A DNA stretch of 39,237 nucleotides from a virus (Duplodnaviria > Caudoviricetes), in IMG/VR virus record IMGVR_UViG_3300032130_000005, positions 1 through 39,237 of that record. One strand, written 5' to 3'. The translations under genes and the position numbers were made by a program. Positions 1-8,851 of the stretch are shown piece by piece. The notes beneath the pieces are model-generated. The model searched no databases. It was given only the letters and a program-made list of their open reading frames with translations, and was not told where the DNA came from. Position 1 is the first letter of the stretch. Each line of letters opens with the position of its first letter.

Positions 1-399
1 GTCGCCTTCTTCTCTATTTTCTGAGTGGTGAATGTCAAATTTTCCTCCTGGGTATCTTGATTCAAGTTTTCTGACATTTTCTTCAATTACCTCATTAGGA
101 TCAAGCCCAAGAGAGCGACAAGCACTAGACCAATACCACATAATATCACCCAATTCTCGTTTGAGATGAAATACAGTTTCATCATTAAGTGGTTTCCCTT
201 GGAACAAACATTTTTTAACAATTTCACTAAATTCACCTCCTTCACTTGACAATCCAATAGATGCTGTTAATAACAATGGAATGTTAATACCTGTTGCATT
301 TTCTAATTCTTGTACTCGTCCAAAAAATGCACCAGACTTGTTACTTTCTACTGATGTAACTTTCTCAACGAACTCTTCGTATCGTTTTAAATCCAACAT
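1..399 (-). CDS. mazG: MazG-like nucleoside triphosphate pyrophosphohydrolase (runs off the window edge; absent from ORF track)
   Basis: Manual translation from ATG at 399: MLDLKRYEEFVEKVTS...GLSSEGGEFSEIVKKCLFQGKP...KRELGDIMWY...ENVRKLESRYPGG. The ExxE...ExxD pattern is that of phage MazG. Confidence 0.9.
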   Translation of the reverse strand, partial: MLDLKRYEEFVEKVTSVESNKSGAFFGRVQELENATGINIPLLLTASIGLSSEGGEFSEIVKKCLFQGKPLNDETVFHLKRELGDIMWYWSSACRSLGLDPNEVIEENVRKLESRYPGGKFDIHHSENREEGD

Positions 400-414
400 A
401 AGCAAAGTACCTTT

Positions 415-822
415 TTAAATAATACTCTCTTGATCCATAACGCCAACGTATCCAGTATCTGGTTGTTCTGGTTGCCAACCTATAATACCATTAACATCGA
501 TTGTTCTTAAGACAACAACATCCTCTTCATCTGGAAGTTGCATATTGAATCCTCTAGTCCAACGTCCATGCTCTACTAAAATCCAATCACCAACATTATA
601 GTCGTCATTGTTTTCGTGTCCTTTAGCATAAATTTGTCCCCAACGAGGCTTAACTCCATGACTTTTACCATCATCTGACATAATAATAAGTCCGCCTTTG
701 GTCTTCATTTCACTAAAGTCCATATCGCGAACAATCACTCTATCATGCAATGGTCTAATGTGACCTTTATAGACTGTAACAGTCTTGGAAGGTCCTCCCA
801 TGCCACTTGGATTAAGTTCCAT
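415..822 (-). CDS. groES: Co-chaperonin GroES (Cpn10)
   Basis: IRPLHDRVIV...KTKGGLII mobile loop...VGDWILV GroES signature; N- and C-terminal extensions. Confidence 0.88.
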   Translation of the reverse strand: MELNPSGMGGPSKTVTVYKGHIRPLHDRVIVRDMDFSEMKTKGGLIIMSDDGKSHGVKPRWGQIYAKGHENNDDYNVGDWILVEHGRWTRGFNMQLPDEEDVVVLRTIDVNGIIGWQPEQPDTGYVGVMDQESII

Positions 823-824
823 TG

Positions 825-1250
825 TTAGTCACCTTTTTTTACAAAGTTACCATCGTCATCTTCAACCCAGTCTTCACCGCTTCGATCGTAGGGTTGATCT
901 TCAGTTTTAACTTTAACTGGTTCTGCTTCTTTAACTTTTGTTGTTTTAGAAACTTTAGCTTTAGTAGTTGCCTTTTTAGGTACTACTGTTGCTTCTTTTT
1001 CAACAACGTTAACTCCACGTCCAGGAACTTCATCTGGAACTGCATCTGGATGGTCTCTGTAATAGTCGGCCATAACTTCTTCACGTTTACGAACAATTTT
1101 GCCACCTGGGCCTAATTCGTCACCGCGAGCATTAACACGAACATTACCCACTGCTGGTGTTAATTCGTTTTTTTGGCGTAACAAATCCATATCAATTGCT
1201 TTACCTTGCATTGATAAATGTTGTTTACGACCTGTTTGTTTTATTGCCAT
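825..1250 (-). CDS. Hypothetical phage protein, likely late-expressed
   Basis: 141 aa ORF with AGGAG RBS and an upstream ATAAATA; K/T/E-rich low-complexity C-terminal half. Confidence 0.7.
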   Translation of the reverse strand: MAIKQTGRKQHLSMQGKAIDMDLLRQKNELTPAVGNVRVNARGDELGPGGKIVRKREEVMADYYRDHPDAVPDEVPGRGVNVVEKEATVVPKKATTKAKVSKTTKVKEAEPVKVKTEDQPYDRSGEDWVEDDDGNFVKKGD

Positions 1251-1271
1251 AGTAATCTCCTATTATGTACG

Positions 1272-1278
1272 TATTTAT
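1272..1278 (-). promoter_or_regulatory. T4-type late promoter core (ATAAATA)
   Basis: GATAAATA on the - strand, overlapping the stop of the DnaE fragment, upstream of 1250. Confidence 0.55.
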
Positions 1279-1802
1279 CTCATGAACTCATGCCAGTCTA
1301 GCTCATACTGGATTGAGTTAATTTTATGAATACCAATTAAGTATAGGATATAACTTGCTACACTAGATCCTCGTCCTACTCCCCATACTACGTTATTTTC
1401 TCGCATAATAGCTACCAAATATATAAGAAACCTTAGTAAGTCAAGTAGTCCACGTTTTTCGTACTCAATATATTCTTCATCAACTCGTTTAACTTCTTCT
1501 AGAGTTTCACATCTTTCTTCTAAATAATGACGTATATCTAATTTTTGGTATTTGTCTGGCATAAACCATTCTGATTGTAAGGCCTGATCAAAATGTTTTA
1601 AGTCATATGGAAGTGGTTGGTATTCTTTTAATGGTAAAAGTTCATTACCAATTTTATTAATAGATTCGTTATATAGTTCCGTGTCACGGCTTGACTCAAC
1701 TAAAATTTTAGAGAGCTTATCACCATTACCTTCATAAATTAGATTTATGATATCTTTAGTGGTGAACCGAGGTACACCTAGTTTATCTACTAGCATATTC
1801 AT
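1275..1802 (-). CDS. DNA polymerase III alpha (DnaE, family C) stand-alone fragment
   Basis: RVDEE..EY..RGLLDLLRFLIYLV..MRENNVVWGVGRGSSVASYILYLIGIHKINSIQYELDWHEF matches DnaE ...GPGRGSAAGSLVAY.LGIT..DP....LLFERF. The ORF ends before the PDxDxD motif. Confidence 0.85.
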   Translation of the reverse strand: MNMLVDKLGVPRFTTKDIINLIYEGNGDKLSKILVESSRDTELYNESINKIGNELLPLKEYQPLPYDLKHFDQALQSEWFMPDKYQKLDIRHYLEERCETLEEVKRVDEEYIEYEKRGLLDLLRFLIYLVAIMRENNVVWGVGRGSSVASYILYLIGIHKINSIQYELDWHEFMR

Positions 1803-1812
1803 TAAGTATATA

Positions 1813-2037
1813 TTAACTGATATCTATCAGTTTGTCAAGACCTTTATTGTCATTTTCTAGTCTTGCTTTAATTTGGCGATCACTTTGTTCTAGCTTGTGG
1901 CTATTAATCATAAGCTGTATTTGATTTCTTGCTTCAGGATTGCGTGTTTGGTAGTATTTCTTTGTTAATTCTGAAAGTTTTTCGTCAAGTTGCTTATCAG
2001 ACAGTTCTGGAAGATTTTGAGCAAATGGGTGTAACAT
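1813..2037 (-). CDS. Small helical/coiled-coil hypothetical protein
   Basis: 74 aa ORF in the operon, with a GGTAGG RBS. Confidence 0.65.
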   Translation of the reverse strand: MLHPFAQNLPELSDKQLDEKLSELTKKYYQTRNPEARNQIQLMINSHKLEQSDRQIKARLENDNKGLDKLIDIS

Positions 2038-2047
2038 ACCCTACCTA

Positions 2048-2614
2048 TTAAGTAAATGTACCAACGTAATGAGCGTATACTGTTGTACCACCATCAGATG
2101 TCCAAAAGTCAACAACCATTGGGTCTACTTCATCTTGAACTACAAATGGTGAAGGAAAACTTGCGTCATATTTAATAGCACCACCACCGCCTGTTGCCCA
2201 AGTAACTGTTCTAGAAGTACTGTCACCTAATGTATCTAGTAGCATTAGACGTATTTTACCAACTTTAGTTGCCTCTGGCCAATCTGTAAAAGTTAATGTA
2301 AGATTTCCCCCAATGGTGAATGTTTGGAAATTACCATTGGAAAAACTAATATTTTGAGGAGCAACAATGGTTCCACCAGCATACAGTTTTTCTGTATTAG
2401 ATGCAAAATTTCCACCAGTAATATCGTTACCTAGAAAATCATTGCCTTCATTTAGTTTTGCTGTGTTTGTTTGTAATGCTTCAATTTCACTTTTAGCCGC
2501 AGTAAAGTTGTTCTTTATAGTGCTAAAATTATTACGGAAGCCTTGACTATCATTATCCTGCCCTGCTATAGGATATGTAGCATCAATGCTTGTATTGTCA
2601 ATATTACTTGCCAT
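2048..2614 (-). CDS. Putative virion structural protein
   Basis: N-terminal YPIAGQDNDSQGFRNNF plus coiled coil, beta-rich C-terminus; late promoter and GAGG RBS upstream. Confidence 0.65.
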   Translation of the reverse strand: MASNIDNTSIDATYPIAGQDNDSQGFRNNFSTIKNNFTAAKSEIEALQTNTAKLNEGNDFLGNDITGGNFASNTEKLYAGGTIVAPQNISFSNGNFQTFTIGGNLTLTFTDWPEATKVGKIRLMLLDTLGDSTSRTVTWATGGGGAIKYDASFPSPFVVQDEVDPMVVDFWTSDGGTTVYAHYVGTFT

Positions 2615-2630
2615 TTGTGTTCCTCTCTAT

Positions 2631-2637
2631 TATTTAT
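2631..2637 (-). promoter_or_regulatory. T4-type late promoter core (ATAAATA)
   Basis: GCGATAAATAATAGAGAGGA upstream of 2614. Confidence 0.6.
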
Positions 2638-2642
2638 CGCTT

Positions 2643-5600
2643 TTAAACATTAAAGGCATAGTTCCCGAACGGTATATACTGCTCGTAACTATTTCCTGTG
2701 GTAGCATCAATTATATATCTATCAATTTCAAAATCTAAAGTTCTAAAATTAAATTCACTGTTAGCAATATTTAATGCTATTGTGGCACTTTCGCCTGGTT
2801 TACAAAAACATAATGGAATTGCTGTTACATAGCCTAATTCCTGTACAGAAGTACTTTGAGCTGTTGTCATCCATAATGGTAAGAAGTCGCGTTCTGTAAG
2901 ACCAACAGTTTTGATATTATCACGCATATTAGTAACATTACTAACATATCGTTTAGTATTAAAAGCATCACTAATTTGAACAGCATCACTATCAGTTTTA
3001 ATCGGTGTAAATCTAGGTCTCCATCTAAATGGATCACTAGTAGTTGTAGCAATAGTTCCAGAAATTACTTCACTTCCATTTTGTAATTCTACCACAATTG
3101 TTCCGTTTGCATCGAGTATTACTGTTCCACTATTTCTAGTAACAATTTCTAAATCATTTCCAAGTGCTAATATTTGGATAGTTTGTCCTAATGAATTTAT
3201 AATTGTAAATATGGAAACACCTGCACCTTCTTTAGTAACGTCATCAAATGATTCATATTCTACACTATCTACAGTAAGTTTATTTTTAGTTTTAATATCA
3301 AGTGTAGTTTTAACATCAGTTGTACCTGTTGAATCATAAGGGTCAATTACTTCTAAATAAACAACTTCATATTCAATAGTGTTTGTTCCTGCTGTTTTAG
3401 CCGTTGCTGTTTTAACTGCTCCAAGTTTAAATCTTTTTCTAGAATGATGTTTTCTTGATACAGCAACATATTCTTTAATATCTTTAGTTTCAACTCCTGC
3501 ATAGATTAACATTTTAATTTCTTTTTGTAATCCAAATGCTGGGTCGTCAGGTCTATAAATTTTATCAGGATCAAATATATTAGGATCGCTAATAAAGTTA
3601 TTATAAACTGTTCGTTGTGATGTTTTCATAAAAGGCTTAACATATAAATTACTGTAACTTATATTATCAGGATCTTTAACTATAATATTATATTCTGCGG
3701 TTAAGGCACTAAATCCAAAACGATCTCTTGCTTCAACAGTAAATTTAAATTTTCTATCAATAGTAGTTGTAGAACCGTCAAGCAATAGTAAATTATTATC
3801 AATTGTTGTTAAACCTTTTTGCCATTCGCCTGCAATATTAAGATTCCTAAATTGATTTACTTTACCAATAATTTCTCCGTTTGGATTTAATTTTAATCCT
3901 GGCGGTAATTCACCAGCAGTAATTCTATATAAAACTTTACTACTAATCGATTGGTTAATTATTCTTGCTTTTACACTAAATGTACTAATAAAGTTTGCTT
4001 TGATAGATCCTAGGTCAGGCATTGTTTCCCATATAATAGAACTTTCAATTTCGCCTAAGATTTTAACAGTAAATGTTTTCTTTTTCGAAGCTAATACAAC
4101 TGCTTGATCAGTAAAGCGTCTTGCATCAATTGTAAATTTATATTCTTTAGTAATCGCCGGTTGGTAAGGAACTCGCCCTGCAATTTCTCCTGTCTTAACA
4201 TCTAATGCCATCCCTGGGGGTAATACACTAGGACTTGCATCGTCATTATATTGTTCTAGTGAATAATTTAGTTCGCCTACAATAGTATTAGGATCAAATA
4301 CATCTAAGTATATTGTTACGAAATTATTTGCTCGTTTATAACCTATATTACCTGGTGTTAACCAAACTGGTGTTCTAAGGAATGTATTATCAGCTGTAAA
4401 TATTCCTGTCCCTATTTGCATAATAGTATTATCTGCACGTAAGAAATCATCTCCTACTAGGAATATTATAAATTTTCTTACTACTACTGTATCACCATCA
4501 CTAACACTTACTTTAAATTCAAAAAATCTATTAAGTTTCTTTGGACTACGTGTTTCAATAGCATAATCATATCCTGTAGTATCGTAAAAATAACTTTGAT
4601 ATCCATTAGCACTTCTTAATCCAAAGTCGAATGGAAAGCTATCAAATTGTGTAGTATCATAAAAGCCACTGCCTGATGCTAAATCTAATGCTAATATAGG
4701 ATCAACAATTCCTATAAGTCTACCTTCTTCAGTTAATTTTATTCCTGGTGGTAATGTACCATCTCCGTCTGCAATATAATATTCAAGTTTATCACCTGCT
4801 GGCAAATCTGGATCAATTGCAGAAAGTTGAAAATCAACAATACTGCTATCTATAATATAAAAAGAATTATTAGGTCCTATTGGAAGTCTACCTTCATTAG
4901 TTGTCCAAACAGGTACATCGGGTCCATTTACAATAATGTTAAATGTCCTATCAGCTATTCCTGAAGAGTTTGTTGCACGTAATACGAACTCAAATGTAGT
5001 ACTACGTTGAACTTCAAATGGTGTTCCAATAATTTGATTTTCAACTAATCTTAATCCTGGAGGTAATGTACCACTTATTAAACTTATAATACTAGTATTA
5101 AGATCAATAGTTGTAATAGATCCTGCTTCTAAATATATATCTGGAAGTGAGTTCATTGCATAAGTCATAAATGCTTGAACAATTTCCTGCATAAATGTTT
5201 CTACTGTATGTCCTGTATCGGTTTTATAATGTGTTACTCGTCCACCTAAGTAGCTATAATAGTAAGTATTATTTGTTCCGTAAAATACACCACCTGCATC
5301 TGGAATTATACTACCTGTATATCCCTGACTCTTTGCTAAAGCGAATGCAGAGTCTTGTGCAGATAAAAAGTTTACACCCGGAGATGCACCAGCAACACCG
5401 CCATTGTATGGAATAGTAGCATCAGTTGTTCCGTTAAGAATTAACATTTTTTTATCTTGTAATGGAATTGTAGCTGTATTATAATCGTTATGACCAGGCC
5501 CAGTTTGTGTTGACGGAAAGAAAAATGTATCGTTACGATATTGTGGATCAAATAATTGTGAACCAATAGTTACATATGAATCAATATTAGGATCGTTAAT

Positions 5601-6152
5601 TTCGATAAGTGTTCTGTTTACCATTCCTGCACCAGTATCAAACCCAACAAATTTTATTTTTCCTTCATCAACATTATTAAATCCTTTTAATGCTGTAATT
5701 AAATCTTTAAGCATATCAATATCAGGTGCTTTAGATGTTTCAGTTGCAATATTCCATGTATTATTGTATCCTGTTGGAGCAATTAAAATATGATCGCCTA
5801 AGTAGTTTTCCCAAGTAGTAATTTCATTACTACCTGTTCCACTGTCTCCGTGTAGTAATATAGCTACTGGTAGTTTTTTATCTGTAAGAGCAGGAATAGT
5901 AGGAATTCTAATAGCTACAGGATATGTATGTCCGCTAGGCTCTTGCGACCAAGTTTTAGTTATACCTAGATCTGTTGAATTTGTTAATGTAGGTAAAGCT
6001 AACCGACTTAAAGGTGTTAAGTCAGGTTTAAATCCTGTAATAATATCTGCACTAGATGGGTCTAAAGGCAGATTAACTATAGCAGTTACTCTTTCCTCTA
6101 GTGTTGCTAGTGTGTGTCCTGATAATTGATTCCAAACAGGTAAATTTGCCAT
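2643..6152 (-). CDS. Large virion/baseplate-type protein with putative Ig (He_PIG/cadherin-like) repeats and an inserted alpha/beta-hydrolase domain
   Basis: Four (G)xLPPGxxL...G.I.G Ig-type repeats. Residues about 65-330 carry LLHG, GFDTG, NGTTDATIPYNGG and TGH, typical of LpqC/PHB-depolymerase-like hydrolases. Confidence 0.7.
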   Translation of the reverse strand: MANLPVWNQLSGHTLATLEERVTAIVNLPLDPSSADIITGFKPDLTPLSRLALPTLTNSTDLGITKTWSQEPSGHTYPVAIRIPTIPALTDKKLPVAILLHGDSGTGSNEITTWENYLGDHILIAPTGYNNTWNIATETSKAPDIDMLKDLITALKGFNNVDEGKIKFVGFDTGAGMVNRTLIEINDPNIDSYVTIGSQLFDPQYRNDTFFFPSTQTGPGHNDYNTATIPLQDKKMLILNGTTDATIPYNGGVAGASPGVNFLSAQDSAFALAKSQGYTGSIIPDAGGVFYGTNNTYYYSYLGGRVTHYKTDTGHTVETFMQEIVQAFMTYAMNSLPDIYLEAGSITTIDLNTSIISLISGTLPPGLRLVENQIIGTPFEVQRSTTFEFVLRATNSSGIADRTFNIIVNGPDVPVWTTNEGRLPIGPNNSFYIIDSSIVDFQLSAIDPDLPAGDKLEYYIADGDGTLPPGIKLTEEGRLIGIVDPILALDLASGSGFYDTTQFDSFPFDFGLRSANGYQSYFYDTTGYDYAIETRSPKKLNRFFEFKVSVSDGDTVVVRKFIIFLVGDDFLRADNTIMQIGTGIFTADNTFLRTPVWLTPGNIGYKRANNFVTIYLDVFDPNTIVGELNYSLEQYNDDASPSVLPPGMALDVKTGEIAGRVPYQPAITKEYKFTIDARRFTDQAVVLASKKKTFTVKILGEIESSIIWETMPDLGSIKANFISTFSVKARIINQSISSKVLYRITAGELPPGLKLNPNGEIIGKVNQFRNLNIAGEWQKGLTTIDNNLLLLDGSTTTIDRKFKFTVEARDRFGFSALTAEYNIIVKDPDNISYSNLYVKPFMKTSQRTVYNNFISDPNIFDPDKIYRPDDPAFGLQKEIKMLIYAGVETKDIKEYVAVSRKHHSRKRFKLGAVKTATAKTAGTNTIEYEVVYLEVIDPYDSTGTTDVKTTLDIKTKNKLTVDSVEYESFDDVTKEGAGVSIFTIINSLGQTIQILALGNDLEIVTRNSGTVILDANGTIVVELQNGSEVISGTIATTTSDPFRWRPRFTPIKTDSDAVQISDAFNTKRYVSNVTNMRDNIKTVGLTERDFLPLWMTTAQSTSVQELGYVTAIPLCFCKPGESATIALNIANSEFNFRTLDFEIDRYIIDATTGNSYEQYIPFGNYAFNV

Positions 6153-6177
6153 ATGCTATATATCCCTTAACTTACAG

Positions 6178-6184
6178 TATTTAT
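6178..6184 (-). promoter_or_regulatory. T4-type late promoter core (ATAAATA)
   Basis: CCGATAAATACTG upstream of 6152. Confidence 0.6.
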
Positions 6185-6190
6185 CGGATA

Positions 6191-7216
6191 TTAAGTATAC
6201 TTGTCTAGATTGGATTCGAACTCATGTAGACGCTTCCATATACTGCGAAGCTCTGTAATTGTGGTCCAGTTTTCTAAAAATAATGCAAATCCACCATGAA
6301 CCTTCTGGAAAGCATTTGATACTTGTACAACTACGCCTAATAGTACAGCACCTGTAAATAAACTAGGCCCAACAATTAAGTACGGTACAATTATCATAAA
6401 TTGATCGTAAGTAATACGCCAAGTATCAAAGTACCCATAATGCATATAAAGTCTATGATAATTGAAGCGTATACCAGTGAATAAACTCCATAGTGTTTCC
6501 GGTTGTGCGTAATTGGCTTTATCATCTTCACCTAATACTAAATCTTTTCTAAATGCCGCTTCTACTTTTTGATTATTATATTCTAGTCCCGGAAGTTTCC
6601 AACCAACAAACCATGAAATAACAATACCACCTAATGATACAACTAGAGCAGTCCATACTAATGAACCTGGAATATCGCTAAAGAACGGAATTGTAACTGC
6701 ACTACTTAAAGCCCATAAGACAGGAATAAAAGCTACTAACGTCATTATAGCTCGTACAACTTGTAATCCTAAATTTTCAACAATGCGAGCAAATCTATTA
6801 CAGTCTTCTTGAATACGCTGACTAGCACCTTCTATTTCAGTTTTAACATTACGCCAACGTGGAATATAATTAAATGTTATTGCTTCTCGCCAACGTAATC
6901 CGTATAAACGAGTAAACCATCCTGTAGCAACTGCGAGTATTACATACGGAAATGCCAATACAGCAAACGAGGGTTCGCCTTGTAATCCATTGGTCCAATA
7001 TTCAAAACTAATTAATTTGTCGTAAAATAATGCTGTACCTACGTCAGCTTTATCTTTATATTCACCTGCTGTTTGTAATAAGTTATAGAAGCCACCATAC
7101 CATGTGTTTATGGCTACAGTTATTTGTACTTGTACCCATAAAGAAATAGCAAGTAAAGTGCCACCACCCCAGGCCCACAAAGCCCACTTTCGACTTTTGT
7201 AAAATGCGCCTATCAT
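6191..7216 (-). CDS. sbmA: SbmA/BacA-family inner-membrane peptide transporter
   Basis: VAINTWYGGFYNLLQ, IEGASQRIQED..RF, IMTLVAFIPVL, KLPGLEYNNQKVEAAFRKDLVLGEDD, WTTITELRSIWKRLHEFE all parallel E. coli SbmA motifs. Confidence 0.9.
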   Translation of the reverse strand: MIGAFYKSRKWALWAWGGGTLLAISLWVQVQITVAINTWYGGFYNLLQTAGEYKDKADVGTALFYDKLISFEYWTNGLQGEPSFAVLAFPYVILAVATGWFTRLYGLRWREAITFNYIPRWRNVKTEIEGASQRIQEDCNRFARIVENLGLQVVRAIMTLVAFIPVLWALSSAVTIPFFSDIPGSLVWTALVVSLGGIVISWFVGWKLPGLEYNNQKVEAAFRKDLVLGEDDKANYAQPETLWSLFTGIRFNYHRLYMHYGYFDTWRITYDQFMIIVPYLIVGPSLFTGAVLLGVVVQVSNAFQKVHGGFALFLENWTTITELRSIWKRLHEFESNLDKYT

Positions 7217-7230
7217 GTTGTGCTAAACGT

Positions 7231-8109
7231 CTAAACGCTACGTTGTTGTTTAGTAGAGTTACCAACTATATAAGGATAAACAGGTTGAAGGCTTGCGTCA
7301 ACTGTCATGTAATATGCCCACGTTCCGTTTGGATAGTCAGGAGTTTTATTGTATCGTCCGTTGTATGCATCTAAATGACCAGTACCTATTTGGTATTCGT
7401 GATCATTAATAAAAGTACCAGCCGCTTTTTCACCCCAGGTGTAACCACGTCCTGCTGGTTCTGTAGTATAGTGTTGATATGATGAAGTCATTCTAGTAAC
7501 TGCTGTTCCTAATTCTGCATTAGCATCACTATATGAATAAGGTCCGTAAATAGGATATCCATCGAAACAATATCCAAGTATCTTACTGTGACCATCTGTA
7601 TGTCTAAAATTATCACTACTGTAATCTGTTGCAGTATAATAGGTTGGTGTAGGAGTCGAACCTGCTAACATATTGGCATCCCAAGACGGATTTGATTCTG
7701 CTGAACCTGTTGGAAGAAACATAAACATTCCGGACATATAATGATATTGTCCGTTAATTTCTGGCCAACCACCTGCATCGTCACCGCCAAAGTTTGACCT
7801 AAATGCTACTGCATTATATTCAAAACCATCACCTGGTGCATCTGTACTTGGATCAAGTCCTGGTGGAACTGTTGTTGGACCTACTGAAGGATTAAAAAAT
7901 ACAACTCCATTGGACATAATGCCCATTGGTGTTAATGGAACTGTTACCTGTGCATTAGTAGTATTTTCTCCACCACGATATATAAAAGAATAATTATATG
8001 TTTGTGCAGTAGCACTATTTACGTTTGGTGTAAAACTATTAGTTCCAAAAGCATTTCCAAACGCCGCTGGATTAGGTAAACCATTTGATGTAATTGTTAA
8101 TGTCGCCAT
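7231..8109 (-). CDS. YHYH-domain protein
   Basis: GIMSNGVVFFNP, GQYHYM, HSKILGYCFDGYPIYGPY, LDAYNGR..TPDYPNGTWAYY, YPYIVG. Confidence 0.8.
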   Translation of the reverse strand: MATLTITSNGLPNPAAFGNAFGTNSFTPNVNSATAQTYNYSFIYRGGENTTNAQVTVPLTPMGIMSNGVVFFNPSVGPTTVPPGLDPSTDAPGDGFEYNAVAFRSNFGGDDAGGWPEINGQYHYMSGMFMFLPTGSAESNPSWDANMLAGSTPTPTYYTATDYSSDNFRHTDGHSKILGYCFDGYPIYGPYSYSDANAELGTAVTRMTSSYQHYTTEPAGRGYTWGEKAAGTFINDHEYQIGTGHLDAYNGRYNKTPDYPNGTWAYYMTVDASLQPVYPYIVGNSTKQQRSV

Positions 8110-8118
8110 ATCTTTTCC

Positions 8119-8826
8119 TTACGTTGTTATAGACCCTGCGTCAAAGTTCTTATCTTCTGGAACAAAGAAACTACCAAAGTCAACATCAGTTATTGCAATT
8201 AACCAATCAACAATACTAGTTACTGTATTATTAAAATAACCAAAGTTAAAACCTGCTGTATTAGGAGCAATTAATCTAATATCAACTCCGTGTACTAATC
8301 CAGTTAAATTTCCTGTTACTGGTCCAACAAAATTACTTGCTGTTAATGTTCCACCGTTAATAAGATTATTTCCGCTCGCATCTAGACTTCCTCCTAATAC
8401 AGGAGTAAGATCAGTAGATAGTTCAGTAGTTGTATCAACTGTTAAAACATTACCGCTTATAGATGTACTAGCACCTGTTCCGCCATATATATTTAATGTA
8501 TCACCATCAACTAATTGCTTAGATCCAGAATCAGATACAACATTTAATTGTTGTAATCCACCTGTTGCATTAACTGTAATTCCATTTGTTGAAGCTGTTA
8601 ATGTAATATTAGCACCAGAAACTAATTTTTTAAATTGTAAATCAACACCGGCTTTTTGATAAAATACACCTTCGCCAACGTTGCCTAAATTACTTGCAGT
8701 AGTTGATTCAGGAGCTCGTAGATCTAAATCATCAAAGTTTTGATTAACTTTAATAAATGCTTCACGCAGATCGTCACCTGTACCGTCGTTTGCTAGTGTT
8801 CCTATATTAATGTTCTGTATGGCCAT
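8119..8826 (-). CDS. Baseplate/fibre-associated protein with T4 gp9/gp10-like N-terminus
   Basis: MAIQNINIGTLANDGTGDDLREAFIKVNQNF; TPVLGGSLD fibre motif. Confidence 0.7.
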   Translation of the reverse strand: MAIQNINIGTLANDGTGDDLREAFIKVNQNFDDLDLRAPESTTASNLGNVGEGVFYQKAGVDLQFKKLVSGANITLTASTNGITVNATGGLQQLNVVSDSGSKQLVDGDTLNIYGGTGASTSISGNVLTVDTTTELSTDLTPVLGGSLDASGNNLINGGTLTASNFVGPVTGNLTGLVHGVDIRLIAPNTAGFNFGYFNNTVTSIVDWLIAITDVDFGSFFVPEDKNFDAGSITT

Positions 8827-8844
8827 TTTATCTCTCTTCTTATG

Positions 8845-8851
8845 TATTTAT
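8845..8851 (-). promoter_or_regulatory. T4-type late promoter core (ATAAATA)
   Basis: AATAAATACAT overlapping the protease stop codon, upstream of 8826. Confidence 0.55.

Noticed and set aside
1251-1290. Frameshift, readthrough or intein joining the DnaE fragment to a downstream catalytic part
   Set aside because: No PDxDxD-like sequence in any frame downstream and no intein terminal motifs.
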